Of a stretch of 64,000 nucleotides of DNA, positions 11,028-21,235 are shown piece by piece. Within the stretch, counting starts at the first letter, position 1. The number at the start of each line of letters is the position of its first letter. The stretch is from the NCBI GenBank assembly GCA_963665235.2, contig CAXXLX010000001.1, forward strand, positions 3,936,001 through 4,000,000, read 5' to 3'. Below the pieces are notes generated by a model. That model was not told the DNA's origin and made no database searches. It saw nothing but the letters and a program-made list of their open reading frames with translations. The position numbers and the translations under genes are program-made. The stretch is from Candidatus Poribacteria bacterium (lineage in GTDB: Bacteria; Poribacteria; WGA-4E; WGA-3G).

Positions 11028-12146
11028 CTAAAAAATCGCCTGCCCCGTTTCTTTGTCAAATAGATGCATCTCTGCCTCTTCAAAATCTAACCAAATTCTA
11101 TCCTCTACCGCAATCGAAAATGTCGGATGGATTCTGACCCGAATCAGGATAGGCTCTTGCGTTTCCTGCACCGTCCCCAGCCGCAAATCAAGAATATTAA
11201 CCGCCCCAAGCGGTTCAATTAGATGCACATCGGCAGCAATTTTTCGTCCCACCGGGTCTCTATATACTTTTATATGTTCAGGACGGATACCGAAAACTAA
11301 ACTATCGCTCTGAACAGTCGTCCCTAAGCTCGGCTGTTTTTGTGGCGAAAGTTCCAACCAAACATCCGTATGATTCAGATGTAACGCGGGCTGCCCTTCA
11401 TAAGCGGCGAGCTTCGCCTCAAGTAGATTCATCGTCGGCATCCCCATAAATCCAGCAACAAAAAGATTTTCCGGTCTGTTATAGACCTGATAGGGTGTGC
11501 CAATTTGCTGTAGAACCCCTTGATGAATAACTGCAATCCGATCGGCTAGAGACATCGCTTCTACCTGGTCGTGCGTTACGAAAATAGTGGTTGCACCAAT
11601 ATCGTGTTGCAGCCGTTTAATTTCGGCACGCGTGTCAATGCGGAGTTTCGCATCTAAATTCGCCATCGGTTCATCAAGAAGATAAACCTTCGGCTGCCGG
11701 ACCATTGCACGGCCCAGCGCAACGCGCTGCATCTCACCACCACTTAGCACGCTCGGTTTTCTATTCAGTATATCGGTGAGTTGTAAAATCCCTGCAACCT
11801 TTTTGACCCGTTCCTCAATTTCCGATTTTGCAACCTTTACCGCTTTAAGCGGAAACGCAATATTATCGTATACACTCAAGTGCGGATAGAGCGCATAGAA
11901 CTGAAACACAAACGCGATATCCCGGTCTGCCGGGGACAAATCGTTTACGCGCTGCCCATCAATTAGAATATCGCCCTCTTCGGGGTGTTCCAATCCTGCG
12001 ATTAACCGAAGCGTTGTCGTTTTTCCGCACCCGGACGGTCCAAGAAATACGACAAACTCCTTCTCCTCAATTTCAAGGTTGAAATCTCTGACAGCGACGA
12101 CATCACCAAACCGCTTTACAATGTTTTCTAACTTGATATGTGCCAT
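11028..12146 (-). CDS. MalK-like sugar ABC transporter ATP-binding protein
   Basis: Motifs GPSGCGKTT, LSGGEMQRVALGR and LLDEP, with a C-terminal TOBE-like region. Confidence 0.93.
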   Translation of the reverse strand: MAHIKLENIVKRFGDVVAVRDFNLEIEEKEFVVFLGPSGCGKTTTLRLIAGLEHPEEGDILIDGQRVNDLSPADRDIAFVFQFYALYPHLSVYDNIAFPLKAVKVAKSEIEERVKKVAGILQLTDILNRKPSVLSGGEMQRVALGRAMVRQPKVYLLDEPMANLDAKLRIDTRAEIKRLQHDIGATTIFVTHDQVEAMSLADRIAVIHQGVLQQIGTPYQVYNRPENLFVAGFMGMPTMNLLEAKLAAYEGQPALHLNHTDVWLELSPQKQPSLGTTVQSDSLVFGIRPEHIKVYRDPVGRKIAADVHLIEPLGAVNILDLRLGTVQETQEPILIRVRIHPTFSIAVEDRIWLDFEEAEMHLFDKETGQAIF

Positions 12147-12166
12147 AACTTTCCTTCATGTGAATG

Positions 12167-12975
12167 TCACGGACGATGATTCGTATTCACCGGTGCTTCC
12201 TCATTACCGACAAAACGTTCAATCGTGTTGCGCGTAGCCGGGCTTGTGCGAAAATCGGCAATCCACGGTTCACGAAAGTATGCCAGCTTTTCCCTCGGAA
12301 GGGACGCCAGCACTTCAGGGGGCACACGAAGCCGATGCCAGTGCGTCGCCAGATGTGAGTATGCATTCAGCACAGCGACGCGCGGGGTGTCCCGCTGCCA
12401 CACAGGGCCAGCATGACACAAGTTTTCCGTAAAGAAAATAGCACTCCCCGCTGGACATTCATACGTCATCAGGAAAGGACTCCGTTTTCCTTCCTCTAAA
12501 GACATGTGCTCCGGATGCATCGGAAAGTTTGCCTTATGACTACCAACGATAAAATGCGTCCCGCCATCGTTCTTAGAAACATCTGTCAGCTCAAAAACAA
12601 CCCGCACCATGCCAGCATGAATCCTACCGTTATTGACACGATACCCGAAAATCGGATCGGCTTGCTGCGGCCCCCACCGTGGAGTCCCCCATGTTCCTGC
12701 CCCTTTTCACGCCACACATAAAAACAACTCTCTAATCGAATCTCAGGGCCGATAAGTTGGTGTAAAACTTCAATCACTTTCGGATGGTCAATCAGGACAC
12801 TCGCGGGCCCACCGGGAACGGCTCTATGCTCCGGCGGGAGGGTATCAGGATTGTGTCGCATCCTATCGAGTTGGTCAACAATCGCATCCACTTCGTCCTT
12901 GCTAAGAATCGCCGGACGCACCAAGAAGCCGGTTAAGTCAAAACGAAATTTTTCTTCATCAGTCATTTTTTGCAA
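12167..12975 (-). pseudogene. Phytanoyl-CoA dioxygenase (PhyH) family protein, split by a frameshift
   Basis: Adding one base in the C5 run at 12671-12675 joins the two ORFs (LHGGG-PQQADPIFGYRVNNGRIHAG-MVRVVFELTDV). GSHK and FTENLCH motifs follow. Confidence 0.75.
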
Positions 12976-13015
12976 TCTCCTTGCTGAATAGCAAAATGCT
13001 TTTCTCTACAGTTAG

Positions 13016-13843
13016 CTACAACCGTATTTTTTTGAAAGCCTCGATCTGTGCCGTAATTGCTCGCTCGGTTGGAAGACGTTCAGCACTTGACGCGCCGTAA
13101 AATCCAACAACCCCCGTGGTATTTTCCAGAACGTACGCTGCGTCCTCCGGCTCCGCAATGGGGCCGCCGTGGCAAATAACGAGAATCTCTGGGTTGACAC
13201 CTTTCGCAGCATCGTGAATGGTTTGCACCTGTTTCGCTGCGTCCTCAAGTGTGAACGCGGTTTTCGCACCGATGGAGCCCTTCGTCGTCAAACCCATGTG
13301 AGCAACGAGAATATCTGCCCCCGCATCCGCCATCTGCTCCGCTTCTATTTCGTTAAACGCATACGGCGTAGTGAGCAGATTCATCTCATGTGCAGTCCGA
13401 ATCATCTCCACCTCCGGCCCGTATCCCATATCTGTCTCTTCAAGCAGTTGACGAAATGTCCCATCAATTAACCCTACCGTAGGGAAGTTCTGCACACCGG
13501 AAAACCCGATTGCATCTATCTGTTTTAAGAAAACATCCATCAACCGGAACGGGTCTGTGCCGCAAACCCCTGCAAGGACAGGGGTATTTTTGACGACAGG
13601 CAGCACTTCACTTGCCATCTCAACGACAATCTGGTTCGCATCGCCGTAGGGCATCATACCTGCAAGCGAGCCTCTGCCAGCCATACGAAATCTGCCGGAG
13701 TTATAGATGATGATAAGATTTACGCCGCCTGCCGCTTCACATTTGGCGGAAATGCCTGTCCCTGCACCTGCACCGATAATCGGTTTACCGGCATCAATAT
13801 TGGCACGTAATTGGTCTAAAATTTCTTCGCGTCTGAATTTCAT
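13016..13843 (-). CDS. Phosphoenolpyruvate hydrolase-like TIM-barrel protein
   Basis: Signature [11 protein letters not shown]...[17 protein letters not shown]...[13 protein letters not shown]. Confidence 0.85.
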   Translation of the reverse strand: MKFRREEILDQLRANIDAGKPIIGAGAGTGISAKCEAAGGVNLIIIYNSGRFRMAGRGSLAGMMPYGDANQIVVEMASEVLPVVKNTPVLAGVCGTDPFRLMDVFLKQIDAIGFSGVQNFPTVGLIDGTFRQLLEETDMGYGPEVEMIRTAHEMNLLTTPYAFNEIEAEQMADAGADILVAHMGLTTKGSIGAKTAFTLEDAAKQVQTIHDAAKGVNPEILVICHGGPIAEPEDAAYVLENTTGVVGFYGASSAERLPTERAITAQIEAFKKIRL

Positions 13844-13927
13844 ATCCTACATCCTTTTTTAAGTTTTGCTAGAAGCGCGTGTTGAAATTATACCAAAATT
13901 TTGGGTTTTGTGTCATCTAATTTTTCG

Positions 13928-13956
13928 TTGACAATTTGGGTTTGATATGGTATATT
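13928..13956 (+). promoter_or_regulatory. Sigma70-type promoter for the tandem ATPase genes
   Basis: TTGACA-17 nt-TATATT with an extended -10 TG. Confidence 0.65.
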
Positions 13957-14032
13957 AGTTTAAGTAGATTGTTACCTTTTCAAAGACGCGTCTGTTTTAG
14001 AGCACCGATAGCACGTGATACGGAGAAAAAAA

Positions 14033-15679
14033 ATGAGAAGTTTTGGCACCGAGGGACGTGTATATCCTGATGAACATTATGTTGTGCCGCGCACATCAGA
14101 AATCGCTGATTTCATTCAGCGCGTCAAAGCTGGTAAGTATATTGTGCTGTTTGCACCACGCCAGACAGGCAAAACCACCTTTTTCCAATTTGCACTATCC
14201 GCGCTTGTCGCAGAAGACCCAACCTATTTCCCGATACAGTTGGATTTTCAAGACCTCCGCAATGTCTCACCTGCCACGTTTTACGAGGAGCTCTACTACA
14301 TGATTCGCGAGCAAATAGAGGTTGTTTTCGAACAGCGGGAGGGCCTTCCTTCTGAGGCATTAGCACGATTTTTGGAAAACACCCAGCTAACCAATCATCG
14401 TTCAATGACGCGATTCTTTAAACAATTGCAGCACCTATTTCAAACACCTATTGTGAGCGCGAATTTACTAGAAAGTGATTCCCATGAACAAGTGATGACT
14501 TTCAAGCGGGTTGTGTTGTTGATTGACGAGTTTGATGGCATCCCGCCAACTGTCGTGAGCGATTTCCTTTATGCCCTCCGCCGAATTTACCTTTCCGGCA
14601 AACCCCGTTGTCCGCACAGTGTGGGCATTGTCGGGGTTAAGAACATCACACAACTGGATTATGATTCCTCTGTCTCACCTTTCAATATCCAAAATGAGTT
14701 CAAATTGCCGAACTTCACAGTTGAGCAGGTCCGTGAGCTGTTTTCACAGTATACCGATGAAACCGGGCAAACGGTCGCACCGGAGGTCCTTCACACACTA
14801 CACAAACAGACTGCCGGGCAACCCTTCCTTGTCAACCGAATAGCACAAATACTCACTGAAGAATTGGGCATTCCCAAAACAGAGAAACTGACACAGGAAC
14901 ACTTTGCCCAAGCACACCAGCGACTCCTACGAGAAGGAAACACCAATATCGATCATTTGAGAACTAATGTCCGCAGAGATAGAGGTTTTGAAAAAATACT
15001 GATGCGTATCGCCTCTTACGACAGAGGTTTGCCTTTTAATCCAGAGGATGAGCTCATGAATAAGTTGGTCACTTATGGGGTCATCGCAGAAGGCTCAGAC
15101 GGTATGTGTGAGATAGTGAACCCGATTTATCAGCATCGCATCCTACTGATGTTCAAACCGACCTTTAACGGACTTGAGGACACCTACTTCCCCAAGGACA
15201 CCGGTGTAGATTTTATTGATTATCTGACCCCGGCCGGTCAGTTGGAAATGAGAGGATTGCTTGATAACTTCAAGGATTTCATCGCCCGCGCAGGATTTCG
15301 TATCCTGTTAGTCCCGGATACACCTCGGGAGTATGTCGGTCAACACCTACTTTACGCATATTTGGATAACTTTGTGCGCGTCGTCGGGGCGGATATGTTT
15401 CTTGAGGTGCAAACCGGACGCGGCAGAATCGACCTGCTTATCCTCCATAACGGAAAAAAATACATCATTGAAACAAAGATATGGGATGGGAACAAGTCCT
15501 ATATCGCAGGCAAAAAACAGCTATCCGCGTATCTTAAATTGGAGAATGCAGTGGAAGGGTATTATATCGTGTTCGATCATCGGGAAACCCCGATGCCGCT
15601 TGTGGAAACAGAAACGATTGATGGGGTGCCCATACGGAGTTATGTCATTCCTGTGGTCCAGGAAAAACCCTCATCATAA
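14033..15679 (+). CDS. AAA-like P-loop ATPase with C-terminal PD-(D/E)XK nuclease-like domain (copy 1)
   Basis: Walker A APRQTGKTT, Walker B LLIDEFD, SPFNI and GQPFLV motifs, C-terminal GRIDLLI...YIIETK. Confidence 0.85.
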   Translation: MRSFGTEGRVYPDEHYVVPRTSEIADFIQRVKAGKYIVLFAPRQTGKTTFFQFALSALVAEDPTYFPIQLDFQDLRNVSPATFYEELYYMIREQIEVVFEQREGLPSEALARFLENTQLTNHRSMTRFFKQLQHLFQTPIVSANLLESDSHEQVMTFKRVVLLIDEFDGIPPTVVSDFLYALRRIYLSGKPRCPHSVGIVGVKNITQLDYDSSVSPFNIQNEFKLPNFTVEQVRELFSQYTDETGQTVAPEVLHTLHKQTAGQPFLVNRIAQILTEELGIPKTEKLTQEHFAQAHQRLLREGNTNIDHLRTNVRRDRGFEKILMRIASYDRGLPFNPEDELMNKLVTYGVIAEGSDGMCEIVNPIYQHRILLMFKPTFNGLEDTYFPKDTGVDFIDYLTPAGQLEMRGLLDNFKDFIARAGFRILLVPDTPREYVGQHLLYAYLDNFVRVVGADMFLEVQTGRGRIDLLILHNGKKYIIETKIWDGNKSYIAGKKQLSAYLKLENAVEGYYIVFDHRETPMPLVETETIDGVPIRSYVIPVVQEKPSS

Positions 15680-15689
15680 GGAGGAAAAA

Positions 15690-17339
15690 ATGAGAAGTTT
15701 TGGCACCGAGGGACGTGTATACCCTCATAAGCATTATGTTGTGCCGCGCACATCAGAAATCGCTGATTTCATTCAGCGCGTCAAAGCTGGTAAGTATATT
15801 GTGCTGTTTGCACCACGCCAGACAGGCAAAACAACCTTCTTCCGATTCGCACTCTCCGCGCTTGTCGCAGAAGAACCGTCCTATTTTCCAATACAGCTGG
15901 ACTTTCAAGACCTGCGTGATGTTTCACCTGCCACGTTTTACGAGGAGCTCTACTACATGATTCGCGAGCAAATAGAGGTTGTTTTCGAACAGCGGGAGGG
16001 CCTTCCTTCTGAGGCATTAGCACGATTTTTGGAAAACACCCAGCTAACCAATCATCGTTCAATGACGCGATTCTTTAAACAATTGCAGCACCTATTGCAA
16101 GCACCTATTGCAAGCGCGAATTTACTAGAAAGTGATTCCCATGAACAAGTGATGACTTTCAAGCGGGTTGTGTTGTTGATTGACGAGTTTGATGGCATCC
16201 CGCCAACTGTCGTGAGCAGCTTTCTTTATGCCCTCCGCCGAATTTACCTTTCCGATGAGATGCCCTGTCCATACAGTGTCGGTATTGTCGGGGTTAAGAA
16301 CATCACACAATTAGACTACGACTCCTCTGTCTCACCTTTCAATATCCAAAATGAGTTCAAATTGCCGAACTTTACACTCGAAGAGGTGCGCGAACTATTC
16401 GGACAGTATACGGCAGAAGTCGGACAACCCTTCGCACCGGAGGTCATCGACTCCATTCATAAACAGACTTCCGGGCAACCCTTCCTTGTCAATCGGTTCG
16501 GGCAAATACTCACGGAAGAATTAGAGATTCCGAAAACAGAGACGATTACTCCCGAACACTTTGCGAAAGCACATGCACTACTCCTTAAGGAAAACAACGT
16601 CAACCTCAGGCATTTGTCCACAAATATCCGCAGAAACCGACGTTTTGAAACCTTCCTCATGCGTATTATGGCGAAAGATGAAGGCATAGAATTCAACTTA
16701 TACGATGACGTTATCAGCGAGTTAGCCACTTACGGGGTCATTACAAAAGGAGAGGATGATACGTGTGAGATTGTGAACCCCATTTATCTGTATTGTATTC
16801 TAAAAACATTCAAACCTGCCGTGAACGGACTAGAAGATGAATACTTCACCGAAGACACGCCTAGCGGTTTTCTACACTACCTCACGCCTACGGGAGAGAT
16901 TGCGTTAGAGGCATTATTGGACAACTTTCGGGATTTCATTGTGCGTGCGGGTTTCGGGATTCTACAGGTGCCGGATACACCCCGGGAGTCTGTCGGGAGA
17001 TTGCTGCTACTATCCTATCTTGACCAGTTTGTGAAACTTGTCGGCGGGGTGATGCACATAGAGGTGCCAACGGGCCGGGGTCGGATGGATTTGCTGATTA
17101 CGCACAAGCAAAAGAAATATATCGTTGAAACCAAGGTATGGCGCGGGGCGGTATATTATGAGGCGGGCAAGAAGCAGCTGGCCGCGTATATGAAAACAGA
17201 GGGGGCAGTGGAAGGGTATTATATCGTGTTCGATCATCGTGAAACCCCGATGCCGCTTGTGGAAACAGAAACGATTGATGGGGTGCCCATACGGAGTTAT
17301 GTCATTCCTGTGGTCCAGGAACAGCCTTCGTCTGTTTGA
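15690..17339 (+). CDS. AAA-like P-loop ATPase with C-terminal PD-(D/E)XK nuclease-like domain (copy 2)
   Basis: Paralog of 14033-15679. ATG at 15690 follows AAGGAGG; C-terminal GRMDLLI...YIVETK. Confidence 0.85.
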   Translation: MRSFGTEGRVYPHKHYVVPRTSEIADFIQRVKAGKYIVLFAPRQTGKTTFFRFALSALVAEEPSYFPIQLDFQDLRDVSPATFYEELYYMIREQIEVVFEQREGLPSEALARFLENTQLTNHRSMTRFFKQLQHLLQAPIASANLLESDSHEQVMTFKRVVLLIDEFDGIPPTVVSSFLYALRRIYLSDEMPCPYSVGIVGVKNITQLDYDSSVSPFNIQNEFKLPNFTLEEVRELFGQYTAEVGQPFAPEVIDSIHKQTSGQPFLVNRFGQILTEELEIPKTETITPEHFAKAHALLLKENNVNLRHLSTNIRRNRRFETFLMRIMAKDEGIEFNLYDDVISELATYGVITKGEDDTCEIVNPIYLYCILKTFKPAVNGLEDEYFTEDTPSGFLHYLTPTGEIALEALLDNFRDFIVRAGFGILQVPDTPRESVGRLLLLSYLDQFVKLVGGVMHIEVPTGRGRMDLLITHKQKKYIVETKVWRGAVYYEAGKKQLAAYMKTEGAVEGYYIVFDHRETPMPLVETETIDGVPIRSYVIPVVQEQPSSV

Positions 17340-17383
17340 AGTTACGGAAACCCATCAGCGCGTGCCTGCTACAAAGACGCACC

Positions 17384-18799
17384 TCAAATCAATTTGCGCA
17401 GCGTCCGAATTAACGTGCTTTCCGAAAACCATTTCCCCGCTACACGCGATATACTGCTTGAGAAGGTTGGATATACGTGAATCATCCGGCTTAGCTTCCG
17501 CAACGGAACGCCTTCCTGCATCGCCAAAACATATTCATGGATGACCTCCCCCGCATTTGAGCCGACCAGATGAACCCCTAATATCCTCCCACGCCACTTA
17601 CTTGCAATAACTTTGGTAAATCCCCGCGTTTCGCCTTCAGCGACCGCTCTATCAACATCTGCCTGTTCAAGTCTGAAAATGTCCACATCCCCATGTTTTT
17701 CGCGTGCCTCTGCTTCTGTCAACCCACATCGGGCAACCTCCGGGTCACAGAACGTCGTCCACGGCACCACCGAATAGTTAATCCTTTTGGAGGCGGGAAA
17801 AAAGATATTTCGTAGGAGCAATTGTGCTTGAAAAGCAGCGACATGTGTGAAGAGGTAATGCCCGATAACATCGCCTGCAGCATAGATGTTTTTGACGCTC
17901 GTCTGGAGCTTGCTATCGACTTCAATCCCGCGTTCACCGATTTTTATACCGATTTCGGCGAGTCCTAAACCTTCAACATTTGGGGCGCGCCCCGTAGCAA
18001 TCAGAATCTTGTCAAAGGTTTGCACCTGTTCAGCCGCTGAAAACTTCACACGGATGCCTTTCGGACATTTCACGATGTTGTCTATAGTCGTATTAAGTCT
18101 GAAAGTGAGCCCTTCCGCGCGGAGATAATCCAGCAGCCTTTCAGAAACCTCGGTATCCTCTTTTGTCAAGGGACGGCCGCTCCGTTGTACTATCGTGACA
18201 TCTGCACCGAGGCGATGAAATGCCTGCCCGAGTTCAACCCCAATCGGGCCGGCACCGACAACGAGCAGCCGTTCAGGTAAAGTCTTCAATTCCCAAACTG
18301 TTTCACTGTCTAGGTAATCACACGTTTCCAAACCTGGCAGTGACGGTGTAACAGGACGCGACCCAGTGCTGATGACAAACTTTTTGCTTTTGAGGGTTCG
18401 GGTTTGACCACTCTCAATATCCTCAACAACGAATGTGTTCGGGGAGTCAAAACTGCCATTTCCGAAGATAACCTCAACCCCGATGTTGCGGAACCGTTCG
18501 GGGTTGTCGTGTTCCGCCTCTATAGCACGTTGTGTGCTTTGTACATACGCCATCACCTGGGAGAATTCAGGTCTCGCTTCAGGTGCTGCAATGCCGTAGT
18601 TGTCAGCGTTCCTGACATAATTTGCAACCTTCGCCGCTTTGAGTAGTGCTTTGGAGGGGACACATCCTGTCCAGAGACAATCGCCACCGATGCGGTGTTT
18701 TTCTACGAGTGCGGTCTTTTTTCCAAGTTTCGCGCCCGCTACCGCGAGGATGAGCCCGGCACTCCCTCCGCCTATAATTGTTAAATCATACGGTTCCAC
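17384..18799 (-). CDS. Class I pyridine nucleotide-disulfide oxidoreductase (LpdA/MerA-like family)
   Basis: Motifs GGGSAG, redox GGDCLWTGCVPSK, GAGPIG and HVYPT. Confidence 0.88.
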   Translation of the reverse strand: MEPYDLTIIGGGSAGLILAVAGAKLGKKTALVEKHRIGGDCLWTGCVPSKALLKAAKVANYVRNADNYGIAAPEARPEFSQVMAYVQSTQRAIEAEHDNPERFRNIGVEVIFGNGSFDSPNTFVVEDIESGQTRTLKSKKFVISTGSRPVTPSLPGLETCDYLDSETVWELKTLPERLLVVGAGPIGVELGQAFHRLGADVTIVQRSGRPLTKEDTEVSERLLDYLRAEGLTFRLNTTIDNIVKCPKGIRVKFSAAEQVQTFDKILIATGRAPNVEGLGLAEIGIKIGERGIEVDSKLQTSVKNIYAAGDVIGHYLFTHVAAFQAQLLLRNIFFPASKRINYSVVPWTTFCDPEVARCGLTEAEAREKHGDVDIFRLEQADVDRAVAEGETRGFTKVIASKWRGRILGVHLVGSNAGEVIHEYVLAMQEGVPLRKLSRMIHVYPTFSSSISRVAGKWFSESTLIRTLRKLI

Positions 18800-18816
18800 A
18801 CGTTTTCCCCCATCGC

Positions 18817-18886
18817 AGCGGACGAGGAGACCTTGCCCCTACGATTTGTAATCTATAGAGCGGACGAGGAGACCTCGCCCCTACGA
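18817..18886 (-). repeat. Two tandem GTAG-type REP-like palindromes
   Basis: GCGGACGAGGAGACCT(T/C)GCCCCTACGA occurs twice; the reverse strand reads GTAGGGGC... Confidence 0.7.
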
Positions 18887-20428
18887 CTGCCGACGCAGCA
18901 CCCTTCCCGGCAAATGTCCTGTTACATTTCCATCCTCAACTACCGACACACCGTTTACTAACACCCAATCCACACCGATAGGCGGTTGCACCGGATCAAA
19001 CCATGTGGAACGGTCAGCGACAGTGTCCGGGTTGAAAACGACGATATCCGCAGCAAGTCCACGCGCAATTCTGCCCCGGTCCGATAGTCTAAACCGTTCT
19101 GCTGGAAAACCGCTCATCTTATAGATGGCCTCTTTCAACGAAATCAGTTGACGTTCCCGCACGAACTTGCCGAGATATTGCACAAAACACCCGTAGCTCC
19201 GGGGATGTGGATGCGGAATGTTGTAAACGCCATCACTTGCAATCATCATGCGGGGATGGTTCGCAGTGCGGTTCAAAATACGTTCGTTCTCTTCGGGGGG
19301 TGTGCCCCACGGCATCACAAACGTCTCAATCGCGGCTTCTTCACAAATGAGATCAAAGGCGAATTCTTCATGAGATTTCCCTTCACTTTGTGCTGCTTCA
19401 GCGAGCGTCATCCCGATAAATCTGCCGGAGCGGTTGTAACCCACAATCTGATTACCCTCACTTAATTTTCCTTGCAGGTGTGCAAGCGATTTTTCACGGA
19501 CATCCGGATTTTCTAAGTTTTCTAACATGTCATCGGGTGCGCCGGTCTGAAATTCCATCGGAAGCATCATCGCAAGGTGCGTCATACCTGCTGGATAAAG
19601 GTAGGATTCAAACGTCAGGTCTATCTGTTCTCTCTCCACGCGTTCAAGCAGGTCTAATGCTTCATCGTCAACGCGTTCATGTGAAATATGCACCGGAATT
19701 TCGGCACGTTGGGCAATTTCAATTGTCTCCTCCCACGCCCGCTTTCTACCGATGAGCTGGTAGCGAACATGTGCTGCGTAGATGGCATCGTAAGCCGCCG
19801 CAATTTTTGAAAGAGCGACCAACTCGCGCAAATTGGCATTGGCTGAGGGTTGATAGTCAAGCCCTAAGCATAAACAGCACGCGCCTGCTTCCAACCATTC
19901 GCGTGTCGTGCGTTCCATCGCTCTCAGTTCATCGTTAGTGGCGGGACGTGCAGCCCATCCCATCGCCCCGAGGCGGACAGCGCAATGTGGCACTTGCGGA
20001 TAGAGATTGGCAGGAATTTGCCCATGAAAAATATCGAGATATGCGTCCGGTGTTTCCCAATTCAGTGAGAGTTCGGCATCGCCATAAGCAAATTGTGTGT
20101 AGTGCCACAACTCCCGCGCCAATTTTGGGGATAACGGTGCCCAGCCAAATCCATCAGGCGCAGCGAGATGTGTTGTTACCCCTTGGCTAACAGCCGCAAA
20201 TTGGTCTCTACCGCCGAGCAGGGCAATTTCGGAATGGACGTGAACGTCAATGAAGCCGGGGCAAACGATTTTGTCTTTTGCAGAAATCCGATGCGGTGTT
20301 TCCGCCTTTGCAAGGTCACCGATAGCGGTGATGCTATCGTCCTGAATGCCGATATCCGCTACGAACGGTTCTCGTTTCCCGGTACCATCAATGACGTTTC
20401 CGCCGGCAATAATAACATCAAATATCAC
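18881..20428 (-). CDS. N-acyl-D-amino-acid deacylase family amidohydrolase
   Basis: Motifs PGFIDVHVH, HISH, SDG...PHPRSYG and DRGRIARGLAADIVVF. Confidence 0.9.
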   Translation of the reverse strand: MIFDVIIAGGNVIDGTGKREPFVADIGIQDDSITAIGDLAKAETPHRISAKDKIVCPGFIDVHVHSEIALLGGRDQFAAVSQGVTTHLAAPDGFGWAPLSPKLARELWHYTQFAYGDAELSLNWETPDAYLDIFHGQIPANLYPQVPHCAVRLGAMGWAARPATNDELRAMERTTREWLEAGACCLCLGLDYQPSANANLRELVALSKIAAAYDAIYAAHVRYQLIGRKRAWEETIEIAQRAEIPVHISHERVDDEALDLLERVEREQIDLTFESYLYPAGMTHLAMMLPMEFQTGAPDDMLENLENPDVREKSLAHLQGKLSEGNQIVGYNRSGRFIGMTLAEAAQSEGKSHEEFAFDLICEEAAIETFVMPWGTPPEENERILNRTANHPRMMIASDGVYNIPHPHPRSYGCFVQYLGKFVRERQLISLKEAIYKMSGFPAERFRLSDRGRIARGLAADIVVFNPDTVADRSTWFDPVQPPIGVDWVLVNGVSVVEDGNVTGHLPGRVLRRQS

Positions 20429-20468
20429 AAATTTCTCCTTTGATTTTCCACCTGCTGATAGTCGTTTG

Positions 20469-20861
20469 TTACAAAACCCATGATTCTATGGTGTCAGCAA
20501 TTGCTTCGATATCGCTCATGGAGCCATCGGCAATCTTAAAACCGAGTTCAATGATTGAATCGTCAATGTCAAGCCGCAGAGTGCAACCGTTAAATTCTAA
20601 AAACAGGAGCGCACAGTTCATGCCGATACGTTTATTTCCATCCAAAAATATGTGACCAGCAATAATCTGATGGGCATACACAGCAGCTTTTTGGGGCAAA
20701 GTCGGATACAGTTCCCCGTCACCAAATTTTGCACACACAACTTCGACTAAATAGTCCAACTGGTCTTTGTGCAAAAACTGATAATTACCGACATGTTTCT
20801 CGGCAGCCTCCAGAATTTCCGCGATTGTCAAATATCTGATATGTTGCCTAAGGTTGTCCAT
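20469..20861 (-). CDS. Death-on-curing (Doc/Fic) family toxin
   Basis: Fic motif HIFLDGNKRIG and LYPTLPQKAA. Confidence 0.9.
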   Translation of the reverse strand: MDNLRQHIRYLTIAEILEAAEKHVGNYQFLHKDQLDYLVEVVCAKFGDGELYPTLPQKAAVYAHQIIAGHIFLDGNKRIGMNCALLFLEFNGCTLRLDIDDSIIELGFKIADGSMSDIEAIADTIESWVL

Positions 20862-21235
20862 GCGCGCTCGTAGTCTCGCAGCATTTCGTCTAAAGCGGTG
20901 CTGCTGTTTATCCCGATGTTGCTAGCGGTTTGCATGTCTGCTTTCGCTTTGTCTATCTTTCCAAGGCGTAACCAAGCCTTGCTGCGACAGTAATAAGCAT
21001 CAGCATAATCGGGTTTGATTTCTATCGCCGCGGTATAGTCCGCAACGGCTTTGTCAAGTTCGCCATTTTTAGCGTAAGCACGCCCGCGCTGATAGGATGC
21101 CTCGGCAAACTCCGGATTCAGTTCTATCGCCCTGGTGTAGTCTTTAATAGCAAGTTCAACCTCGCCTTTTTCGCTAGACGCTACACCGCACGTGTAATAT
21201 TTATTGGCAAGTTCTTGATTTCGTTTTTGCATCAT
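20828..21235 (-). CDS. Three-TPR protein with C-terminal putative Doc-antitoxin helix
   Basis: Three TPR motifs followed by STALDEMLRDYERAWTTLG. Overlaps the doc start. Confidence 0.75.
   Translation of the reverse strand: MMQKRNQELANKYYTCGVASSEKGEVELAIKDYTRAIELNPEFAEASYQRGRAYAKNGELDKAVADYTAAIEIKPDYADAYYCRSKAWLRLGKIDKAKADMQTASNIGINSSTALDEMLRDYERAWTTLGNISDI

Noticed and set aside
15333-15689. N-terminal extension of the second ATPase (668-aa ORF)
   Set aside because: It overlaps copy 1 in another frame. The RBS and paralog alignment place the start at 15690.
17384-18799. Mercuric reductase merA
   Set aside because: It lacks the C-terminal Cys-Cys pair and the N-terminal metal-binding domain, and there is no mer operon context.
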